NCBI GenBank assembly: GCA_964016885.1
Contig: OZ024746.1
Coordinates: forward strand, 40,796,001 to 40,860,000
Reading direction: 5' to 3'
Source: Eledone cirrhosa
Taxonomy: Eukaryota
Length of the DNA stretch: 64,000 bases
Below the pieces are notes generated by a model, which saw nothing but the letters and a program-made list of their open reading frames with translations, had not been told where the DNA came from and ran no database searches. Position numbers and translations under genes: made by a program. Of the stretch, positions 15,803 through 26,825 are shown one piece after another (positions within the stretch are counted from its first letter, which is position 1; each line of letters opens with the position of its first letter).

Positions 15803-16766
15803 ATAATGGTTTCTTATATAGGCACAAGGCCAGTTATCTGGAGGAAGGTGAAAGTCGATTAAATCAACCCCAGTGCGTGACTGGTACTTTAATTTATCGA
15901 TCCCCGTAAGGATGAAAGGCAAAGTTAACCTCGGCGGGATTTGAACTCAGATCATAAAGGGCCGTAACTCTATGCTGCAAAGCATGGAGTCCGACCCTAC
16001 CGATACTGCCAATCCACCGCCCTCCCAAACCTTAATGGTTTCTTATATAGGCACAAGGCCAGTAATTTGGGGGGAGGGGAAAGTCGATTAAATCGACCTC
16101 AGTGCGTGACTGGTACTTTATTTTATCGACCTCATAAGGATGAAAGGCAAAGTTAACCTCGGCGGAATTTGGACTCAGACCATAAAGAGCCGTAACTCTA
16201 TGCTGCAAAGCATGGCGTCCAACCATCTACCGATACTGCCAATCCACCGCTCTGGCTAATCCAAAATAATAATAATTCTTTCTTTCTAATATTGGCGCAA
16301 GACCAGCAATTTAGGGGGTAGGGGGCGATTACATCGGCCCTAGTAGTTACTGGTATTTTATTTTATCGACACCGGAAGGATGAAAGGCAAAGTTGACCTT
16401 CGAATAATTTATTCTAATTTTGGTGGGGAAAGAAATTATAGACTTCAGTATTTGATTGGTACTTTATTTTTATCGACATCAAAAAGATGAAGATCAAAGC
16501 TGACGTCGGCAGGATTTGATCTCAGAACGCAAAGGGTCGTAACTATACGCCACAAAGTATGTTGCCTAACGTTCTATCGATACTGCTAAGCTACAGCCCA
16601 TGACCCAACAATTTGGGGGGAGGGGGAAATCAATTAAATCGACTTCAGTGCGTTACTGGTACTCTATTTTATCGACGCCAAAAGGATGAAAGGCAACGCT
16701 AACCTCGACGGGATTTGAAATCAGAACGTAAAGGGCCGTAACTATTCCGCAAAGCATGTTGTCCAA
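15803..16766 (-). mobile_element. Cluster of five head-to-tail SINE family 1 copies
   Basis: Repeated TGGTACTTTATTTTATCGAC...GGATGAAAGGCAAAGTTAACCTCGGC blocks at about 15880, 16110, 16350, 16457 and 16657. Confidence 0.9.
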
Positions 16767-16888
16767 TAAAATAATGATGCAATATATATTTTTTTTCTTA
16801 TCTTCTGCACAAAATTAGCTGTCATGCGAACATTGCATTTTTTTTATTGAAATTCTATTAAGAAACGCATTTAAAAGAAGTAGGACTG

Positions 16889-17084
16889 CAGACCTGCCAA
16901 CCTCTAAAAATCCAAACGGAGAGTACCATGAAAAAAAGTGCCCCAAAACGGGGAGAAATGAGGCAAAAATGGGGAAATTTTACATAATGAAAGCTATACC
17001 CATTTCCATAAGAGAAGACATCTCTCACCCACCCCAAAGTGGGTGGGAGATCTCCCCGTCGGACGAGGAGAGTTGACAGGTCTG
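16889..17084 (+). mobile_element. hAT-like MITE, copy 1 (TIR CAGACCTGCCAAC / GTTGACAGGTCTG)
   Basis: Terminal inverted repeats; flanks GGACTG/GGACTA; two further copies in the window. Confidence 0.85.
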
Positions 17085-17940
17085 GGACTATATAGCCGCA
17101 GCTGGCTCTATGAAATATAAAGAGAGGGTAGAAATAGTTGCTTTACAGTGAAACATATATAATATCGTCGGTGAAGAAATATTCACCACTGACCTTTACT
17201 TTACTATTCCTTGTCAGATGGAATCGAAGAAAGCTGGAAATTTTACTTACCTAAAAGAAAAAGAAAAAAAATATATTTAATATATAATAAATATAATTAT
17301 AAATATATATGTGTGTAAACAAAGCAGCTGACATAAGAAGCATTGGGAAAATTTGAAATATGTACGTCCCAACGTGAATGACCATAATAATTTGATCCCT
17401 TTAAATGATAGTTTAGAAAGTGTTAATTTTTTCCGTCTTCATTTTTGCCCAATTTTCTTAACTATTATTTAATGTGATGGAATATTCTTAGGGTCATTTC
17501 TGTTGAGACGCACACATAGCACGCATGTATATTTATATATATAAACACACGTTATATATATATATACAGAAACAGACACACACGTCATCAGGGGCAGTGA
17601 AGAATTTCTGAATGGGGCGGTGGACACTTTAGTTGTAGTGATTAGTTTACCTCTTTGCACTCTAAACTGGTCAGAAAACTTCGATATGCGATAAACATAA
17701 CATGTACATAAATTGTAGCGCATATCCAAACAGATGTGTGTTTTGGTAGTTTGGGTGAAAATACAATTATTGGAGAGGGAGAGGGCATGCCCTCCCCCCA
17801 GTTCCACCACCACTGTAAATACATAATTTAAAAAAAATTATGCTCTGTGCCCTTTCCTAAGGGGTTAATATATCGAGCTTCGTATTTGGTAAGAAACTGG
17901 TATTATACCCAATTTACTCATCTCATATATATATATATAC

Positions 17941-18080
17941 ATTCATTTATTATGGCTATTGGTGAGCTTTGTTACTCTAAAGTTTCACCTGAGCACTCAC
18001 AGAATCACCAATCGTGTTTGATGATCCTGTGAGTCGCAGGTGAGACCCAGAGTATCAAGGCTTAGCCATAATAAATGAAT
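17941..18080. mobile_element. 140-bp fold-back element / MITE
   Basis: Perfect 18-bp termini ATTCATTTATTATGGCTA / TAGCCATAATAAATGAAT plus three internal complementary blocks. Confidence 0.75.
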
Positions 18081-18419
18081 ATCTAAACTCTAATTCGGTA
18101 TTGAGTTTCATCTTACGTTCGTCAATAATTCAAGTACTCTCAGGTCTTGAATAATCGCTCCTCCATCCCCGGTTTTTATTCCACTAAACACTCCCCACCT
18201 GCTTATTAAATTTTGCTAATCTATCTCCGGCGAAATTTTATTGTAAGTGATTCATATTGATACAGCAGCTGGAGAATCTAATAATAATTTTATTTTACAT
18301 TAAAAAGCATTATATATGACAAAAGAAGAAAATTACAAATCCCATATTTACGAACGTACACTATACAATTACTGATTTCCCCAATTATTGCCACCCCTCC
18401 TATATTTTGAGATCCGAGG

Positions 18420-18741
18420 GTGCCACCAAACTCTACTCCTCTCTATGTCAATCACACAAAACTCTCTTTTACCGCCTCCCCCCTCTGTATCTGCTAAATC
18501 CAAACTCTACCCCTCTCTATATCTACTACACGTCACTCTCCCATTATCCCTCTCTGTATATCAACAACCACTAAAGTCTTCTCCTCTCTATATCTACTAC
18601 ACGGTACTCTCTTCAATCCCCCTCTATATATCTAATATACAACGCACTCTCTATATCAATTACCATCAAATTATCTCTCTCTATGTATCTACTACACAGA
18701 ACTCTCTCACAACCCCCCTATCTATATCAATTACTACCAAA
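18420..18741 (+). repeat. Degenerate pyrimidine-rich minisatellite (CTCTCTATATC...ACTACCAAA), continuing at 21363-21480
   Basis: Recurring units on both sides of the Tx1 insertion. Confidence 0.75.
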
Positions 18742-21362
18742 TACGTGCTCTGGGTAACGAGGGAGCCAAAGCTGTTAGCTGGGCCCGAGTGACAGAGGCA
18801 AAAAGTGGAAACAAGTCCACGATTCGGTCTTTGAAGGACCAGGATGGACGCGTGATCCTTGAACCTGAGCGGATGAGCGCGGCCTTTCAACGGCGCTTTG
18901 CACGACTGTTCGGGAGGGGCGGCGGGCCGGCTGGGGCCATGGATTTCGGTCCATACCTCGACGGTCTGGCGCGGCTCTCGGACGGGGAGGCGAAGTCCTG
19001 CGAGAGGCCGATTTCAGCCGCTGAAATAGGGGAAGCGCTGAGCCAATGCGGCAAACGCAAATCTCCGGGGCTCGATGGTCTACCATACGAACTTTATGTA
19101 GCGATGCCGGGCTTGTTCTCCGGTCTCCTCGAGGCGGTCTACTGCAACTGGCAACAGAACGGGAGAATTCCCAGTTCTGTGACCAAGGGCGTAGTCACGC
19201 TGGTGAGGAAGGACGAGAACAAGGGGGATGACATAGATAACTTCAGGCCCATAACTCTGCTAAACACAGAGTTAAAGATTTTGGCCAAGGTGTTAGCGAA
19301 GAGGTTGGCGCTTGTCGTCGGGAACCTGGTGGGAGAAGCGCAGACATGCGCAATCCCGTCCAGGTCCATACACGACAACCTCCACCTCATGCGATACATC
19401 GTAGAGAGGGTAGGGAACGAACCCGGCTTTGGTGGGGCCCTGATCAACTTGGATCAATCTAAAGCGTTCGATAGGGTTGACCATCGGTACCTGGATGCGG
19501 TGCTCGCGGCGGCAGGCTTCGGACCCGTTTTCAGGGGCTGGATTGCTGCAATGCACAGCAGCAACACCTGCTCGAGGGTCAAGGTGAACGGCTACCTCTC
19601 GGAGCCGTTCCAAATCACGCGATCCATTCGACAGGGATGCCCTCTCTCCTCCCTCCTGTATGTGCTGGCTCTCGAGCCACTACTGAGGAAGCTGGGGCTG
19701 TTGCAGGGCATCCCCTTGGAACCGGGATTGCGGAAAGCGGTGTCGGCCTACGCCGATGACGTGACAGTAATGGTGTCGTGCGCCTCGGAAATCGGGCAGA
19801 TCGGCACCTTACTGGAGGAATATGAAAGGTTCACAGGAACCAAGCTGAACCGGGACAAGTCCGTCGGTTTGCAACTCGGGACGTGGAGGGGCAAAACGAT
19901 GCCCTCCGACGGCATCGTCGGACGCTGGACGGAGGGACCGGTGAAGCACTCGGGGTCTGGTTCGGACCGGACCTCCAGGTGGAGAAAAACTGGGACGAGG
20001 TAACGGGCAAGGTGTTTGCACTCGCCCAGAAGTGGGCCGAGTGCAAACTATCCCTGAAAGGTCGGGCGGAGGTGGCGAACGCTTATATAGCGTCCGTCAT
20101 CTACTACCGCTTGACCGTCGTGCCTTGCCCAGAGAAAACACTCGCCAAAATGGAGCGCGCGCTCTTCCGATTTCTTTGGAAGAAGCGGGCTCCTTTGGTG
20201 AGAAGATTCATCTGCTGTCAACACCCTTCGAACGGAGGGCTGGGGATGCCGTGGCTGACGATGCGTAGACACGCATTAAGGCTACGGCACCTCCAGGTAT
20301 TCCTCACCGGTCAGCCGGTGTGGGCCCTGTTTGTGAGGCGAGCCTTTCCGAGACTCGTCTCACTCACCGAGCTGCAATCCTGGGTCAAGCAAAGACCGAG
20401 AAAAGTGGGCGACTGGCACATTGAATGTGCCCAGGTGCTCACGGCCCTCTGGCAAGCGGATCCGGCAATCAGTGGAGACTCAACCTCAACATTCTATAGA
20501 GGGTTGGTGCGCAGTAAGTGCGACGACGCGCTCGGAGAGGCTCTGGGCATGGAGGAAGACGAGCTGGCCAGTCTGTTCGGTAGGACGTTTGGCCCGGGAC
20601 CGATGGACAACTTCCAAAAGTCCCTGGCTTGGCAATGTTACCGAGGAGCTCTACCCGTTCGGGACAAGCTCTACAGACACGGGCGCCCGGATAGGGACCC
20701 CTCGAAGAAGATCTGTCCAAGATGCGTGCGGGACGAAGAAACCGTCGCACACGCATTCGTACACTGCCCGGGCGTTGCTGACCTGTGGGGCTATGTAGAA
20801 CGACTACTGTCGCGGGTGGGACCAATCCGGTTGACCACCGAGAACATTGTCACAATCAAACCGCCTCCCCCTTTCAAAAACGAAGGAGAGGCGGTTTTCC
20901 TCTGTGTGATAGCCATGGCGAAAGAAGTTGTATGGTGGACAAGGTTGAAGGGGCTGAGGTCAGACACCTTTCTCTCCGGCCAACAACTGGTCTTTTTTTT
21001 CAAGTACCACTTTAGAAGAAGGATCAGAATGGAGAGAGAGGTGCTCTACCCCAGCAAGTTTTATGAAAGATGGGTGAAAGTAGCGAGAATGGCCCGAGTG
21101 AATGGGCCTTCTCTCTATATCAGCCTGTAGGTGAAAGAGGAGAAGAATGAGAAGAGGAAGGAAGCACCCGCTCTTTGTGCTCCTGAAGAGGAGGGTTGCA
21201 CATTTTTTCGGGGGGGTGTGCGACCCATGTCAACGCCCCTCCCTATTGAGGACATCGATTGTTAAATTTAATTTGTTTTATGTTTTTTACACGTCTTTTT
21301 AAATGTATCCCCTTTGTATTTGTCCCAATCTTTGATGCCCTGGTGGCAAATAAATAGAAATA
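18742..21362 (+). mobile_element. 5'-truncated Tx1/L1-clade non-LTR retrotransposon with a 19-bp TSD
   Basis: TSD TATATCAATTACTACCAAA at 18723-18741 and 21363-21381; RT ORF; 3'UTR with AATAAA; GC-rich relative to its flanks. Confidence 0.96.
18743..21130 (+). pseudogene. ORF2 remnant: reverse transcriptase and C-terminal CCHC zinc knuckle, with a single frameshift near 19947
   Basis: KSPGLDGL, FRPITLLN, LDQSKAFDRV, IRQGCPLS, AYADDV; then in the next frame LGVWFG, LSLKGR, GGLGMP, CPRC...HAFVHC. The endonuclease domain is missing. Confidence 0.95.
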
Positions 21363-21934
21363 TATATCAATTACTACCAAACTACCCCCCCCCCTCCCTA
21401 TCTATCACTACCAAATTCTCCCTCTCTCTATATCTATCAATCCTCTCACTCTATTCCTTACCACCAAACTATCCCCTCTATGATCGCTTCTATTAATTTG
21501 CTCTCCTTATTAGTTCGACATAGTACCTAACTGTAGCCAGAATTGTTAGAAGAATCGACCTATTTACCAGTTAGTACTCACCTCGCCTCACCGAAGAGGG
21601 AAGGTTCTTATTTTATCTTCTTTAATTTTTACATTGAAAATGACGGGCAAATATTCTAGTCAAAGAATTCTAAACAAATATATCGTTTTAAAATCTAAGT
21701 AAAAATTTAGAGTAACGAATAAATTCTTTTCAGATCTTCATTAACACAATTCAGACGAATTCTTCCTATCTCAAATAACGTTTTCAGTATTTAATTCATT
21801 CAACTTTTTATCGCTATTTAAACAATTTTATATATATGTAACATCTCTTACCACATGTTTGAATGTTTGAATGTGTCAGCAAAACATGTATGATATTAAT
21901 CAACTGCATTCTATGAAACCGTACGTCCATACTT

Positions 21935-22140
21935 AAGTGGCGAATTGACATGGGCTTTGCGGTATTTGTTTCGGCTCACTGCGCTCTGAGTTTAGATTCC
22001 GCCAAGGTTAACTTTGCCTTACATTCTTTCAAGGTTGATAAAATAAAGAACTAGTTAAGGCCAGTGGACTGGCGGAATTGTTAGAACATGGGTATTTAAT
22101 CTGATTTTTTACATTCTGGGTTCAAATCACGCTGTGACCT
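21935..22140 (+). mobile_element. Degenerate SINE family 1 copies
   Basis: GAGTTTAGATTCCGCCAAGGTTAACTTTGCCTT...GATAAAATAAAG, followed by a second head. Confidence 0.7.
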
Positions 22141-24944
22141 ACTTAAATTGAAGATTTTAAACTATCGCTTGGTTTAACACCGCAATCTGACCCGTGCATG
22201 ACGTAAGTCGCGTCCACTCTATAACAGGCAAATTGGGCCACTCCACCGGTATAAGAACACCTTCCCCCGTCTCTCCCTCCTTTATTTCTTTCCACCAGCC
22301 TCGAAGGATCTGAGACGGTTCATAGGCAATTCTCTTCCCTGACTAGGAATATATATATATATATATATTCGAACATAAAACATCGTTAACTTAAATTTGT
22401 TATTTCATTTTAATACTGTGTAAAAGAAAATTATATTATTAAATTTCAGGAACATGTCAACCAGTGTACTGTCTTTAAGGACATAATTAGCAGTTAGTTT
22501 TTCTGGTCTGCCAAAACTAAATTAAAGGAAATATTCATTATAGCGATAAGAAAGTTTCAAATTTGATTCAGTCCTATACAGGCCGTATCAGCATTAATGA
22601 TATTTATGAATGCATCAAACTTTTCTTTCGGTTTCAAGGTATCCCAGTATAGAATGAAATGTTAAAAAGAGTTTAGTCTATACTAAAGCAACAATATCAT
22701 CTCTTAACACACATTATAAATTCAACAGGTTTCTCCCGCGATGCGAAACCTTAAACGTTTGATGAACTTATGAATTTCACCAACAAGAGCCATCATCTTT
22801 CGATATTGTTGTTGCGTTTTTAACTAGGATAGACACCATATCGTATTTCCCAAGTCAGGATTTCTAATTCATTTAAAACACATCAATCTCGCGCTTCTCG
22901 AGCTGTCAAAATCAAGGAATACATAAATTTGAATTAAGAGTCGAGAGAGGGAGATCCTGCATTTAACAGTCAACTATAGTAAGATTTTGTCCTTGGTAGT
23001 CAAATTATAACCACTTCCTAATATTTGGGGGATATATAAATACCTGCATATCTATCATTCTTCAATGAATCAGTCATGTCATCAGAATTTTAGCCGTTCT
23101 CTTCAAGCGAGAGACTTCTGCTGAAAGTCCCGAACAAATCTTCTCAGTGTTGCCGGTGCTTTAAGGGTAAATGAAAGCACAAAACCCCAACAACCACAGC
23201 GTGTGATGTTTTGGAATTTGACTGCTATTTCTAGCACGTAGAGGGATCTTGCAGAGGTTCCCTTATTGGCTCGTTGCTCATATGTACGTGATGTATGTAT
23301 ATTGTTAACTCCATTATGGTATACCAAGTATAAGAATGGGAAGAATAAAAAAGTGCTATGCAGTAACTGCAGTGTAATTAAAATATTCTTTGCTAATCTG
23401 TGGGGAAAACACATGTTTATAGAAGTAAAATTAAACCTAGATTTCTCATCAAGTGTTTTATAGTTATTACAACAATGTTTAGGAGTTGTGTTCACGATTA
23501 GAGACATGGTCAGTTTTCTTAGAGTTCCTGAATTAGAACAGAGTTGTTGAGGAATCTTTCTTTTGATATTCGATCCAACCATTGAATATTAAATACTTGT
23601 CCATTCCACATAGCTCTGAATTCCTGATGTTGAGCAGTGGTGAGATATCACTTCTTCGGAGAAGACACCAGTTGTTTTAAGTAACATTCTCTGATTCTTC
23701 CCAGAGATAGGTAAGCTGATTCATATAGAATTAAGTGTAATGATCAAACACATGAAATATTTACTGTGAATTTGAACTCAAGCATCTGATTTGGTTGTAT
23801 AATAATATATTTGTACAGTCATTTCATTTCTATACACTCATATAGTCTTAACCTTATAACACCTTTGTAAATCATTAGTTATGTTTGAACGATAATAGGT
23901 AATTTCAGTGTCATCTTGGAATAGACTTCTAGATTGTAAAATCCTATTATTTTGAGCAAAATACGTGGAAATGATTCGATAACTTAATGTATATTAATAA
24001 TATAATACAAATATGTTCCAATAGTATCACCAATGTTATTATAAGATGTGAAGAAGCTTTGATATGCAGGATAGAAATTATTAACTGCTGTGTACTGAAA
24101 ATATAAAGAACTATTGTTTCAGATCCTATGAAACAGAAAATATGAGCAAAAGTAATTATTTTTGTTTACACTCTAAACAATCATCTCATTGTATGACTAT
24201 TTAACATCGAGTCATGCTAACTTGCCTAAGAACATATTATGAATGTGCAAGAACAAAGGAGAGAAAAATGATTCAAATAACACAGGGAAAGTAGTGGGGA
24301 TGTGGGTATAAACAATAAACCACATAGACGAATAAAGTTTAGAAGCATCGGAGTGAGAAATAATTATGAACAGCCGACTATACAATAAAAAGCGATGAAT
24401 CAGAAGAATTGAAACATTCGCTCTAATGAAGAATTCGACGATTTCGCTTAACATCTAGCAACACTTCAATTTCTTCCTCATATTTAGTAATTTATTTCTA
24501 AACATACATATATACAATGCAACAGTAAAAATATGTAAAACATTCCGAAAATTCTGCATGTAATAACTGCATGTACAAATACAAAACATATGCACATGCA
24601 CTCATATAACTCAAAACATCCACAGAAACAGTAACATCCATACCTGCACACACACACACACACACATGCAGACATGCGTACCTATCTACGCAGTGTATGC
24701 TGTTTAAATTCCAGAAACCGATTCTCTCTATTGGTAAAAATTTATAAAATCATAAAACCAGAACATACATCAAAAGCTTTCCCGAGGATGAACGGAAGCG
24801 AACAACAGTTAAATAAGGTATTTAAAACGTTAACAGAGAAGGTACATATAGAAATGACTTCTACAGGACAAGAACTGTTTCATTCGTCAGGGATGCCAGA
24901 TAATATCGGTCAAGTTCGGTATTTATATATTTATAAATACAGAG

Positions 24945-25230
24945 AGGGTCGTGAGGGCAGATTCATCTGACACGCCTTCCAGAAGGTCCTATCAGAAGCA
25001 ACAGTCTCCAAGTGATCTGACAGGATCTCCAAGTGATCTGACAGGATCCCCAAGCGAGACCAACCGAGCTTAGATGTTATCCAACCATTTTGTTCGTGGT
25101 TTATCTCTAGGTAGACATCTCATGTCGGTTGGCGAAAGGATCTTTCGAGTAACGTTACAGAGTTCAGAGTGTCGCACCAGGTAGAGCCGCTATTTCTCCG
25201 CATCAAGAGATTGCAGATCCGGGACCTTGG
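24945..25230. mobile_element. RTE LINE 3' fragments in inverted arrangement
   Basis: 24945-25100 is the reverse complement of the RTE 3' end seen at 39490-39620. 25135-25220 matches 39310-39415 on the plus strand. Confidence 0.65.
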
Positions 25231-26584
25231 ACGCCTCGTTAGTATGACTATGGAAAGAATTACAAGATTACTTTTCTTCTGGATGATATATAATAGGCAT
25301 CACCCACCTATGAAGAAAAAAAGCTCCAGCCCAGATGAGTACCAATTTCCTATTAAAGACATGCTATTGAGTTTATATTCAAAACGTTTGCCCGTGTAAT
25401 CAAAGGCGCAGTGATGAGTATCTACTTCCAATTAAAGACTCAAAACATTGATACCAATCTGTGATGAGAATACTAAGCTATTTTAATGCAAAGAATAACT
25501 ATGACTTCGGTGGTTCACATCTGTAACTCGTATGTTACGAAGAAACATTAGCTGCCATTGGCTTTGAAATTGTTACCTCCCTTTCTTACCGACCTCAACT
25601 AACAGTATGAAACAATAGATTCCGTAATCGTTCTCAGAAAAATATAAATATTACAGTAGCTTGAGCACCCTTTCAGTTACTACTGGAAAGTGGTAGGGGA
25701 TTTACTTTCAATATTAAAGTGTTTATCCTTATAAAAATGCTCACTTTTTTGTTGTTGTAGTGTGTGGGGGTGGGGTGGGGGACTGGAAATAGAACTGAAA
25801 ATCCTTAACAACTAACTACTTGTGATAATAAACAAACAAACAAAAAAATACTCTCAGTCTGGTAAATATCAAACGATACATTCCCATTGGTTATTACCAA
25901 CCTTGCCAACCAACGTCTCAAACAAATAGTAACAATTATTACCATATGGATAAATACAATTATATTTATAAAGGAAAATCGTGGGACACGTTACTACACG
26001 AGTAGAACAGTTTTATACGTATCAAACAAACACCTATGTTGTATAGCGGGGTTTATAAAACATATATCTTGGCCGCCCACGACAGTACTGGTATGTAAAG
26101 TTAATATGTAAGGCATATGGGGCTGCCAAGCTTTCTGATGCTACGATTGCCAAAACACCATGCACATCTATGCAACTGTTTCCTTGGCAGAGTTATAACA
26201 CAGTTATATTGATAAAAAGACCTCCTAAAGAGGTGTTTAAATTTATGTCAACTCCTCCTTATTATAACTATAACGCAGTGTTATTCTTATGTGTTCAGAA
26301 TAAGAGATAAACTAGTAAGTAAATAGTAATTTTCGAAAAAAAAAAAAAAAATAGAAATGGCGTTCTATAGACATCGAGATAGTAAGACTTTCAACGCATC
26401 CGCATTACCCAACACTTAGACGAGTTACAAAAGCAATACGCAGAACCCGATCTATCCATTTCCTCAACAGAAAATACAAACGGAATAACAATGATTCCCA
26501 CCATCACCACTACACCCCATACATATATAACCATGCAGCTACCGCCATGAAAAAAAACGAACAACAAAAAAGAACCTAACGTCA

Positions 26585-26616
<32 letters not shown>

Positions 26617-26624
26617 TTAAAATA

Positions 26625-26825
26625 TGTTTCTACATTTGGCACAAGACCAGCAATTTCAAGGGAAGGGGAAAGTTGATTATATCGACCCCAGTGCATTACT
26701 GATGCTTTATTTTATCAACCCAATAAGGATGAAAGGGAAAGCTAACCCCGACGGGATTTGAATTCAGAACGAAAACGGCTGTAACTGTGGAGGATTGGCA
26801 GGATCGGTAGAGCGTCGGACATGTT
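26625..26825 (-). mobile_element. SINE family 1 plus an inverted head fragment
   Basis: GGCACAAGACCAGCAATT...GGATGAAAGG...GATTTGAATTCAG. Confidence 0.8.

Noticed and set aside
23090-23715. 159-aa minus-strand ORF and nearby splice-like signals as a host exon
   Set aside because: No recognisable protein motif in the frames examined, so it cannot be supported.
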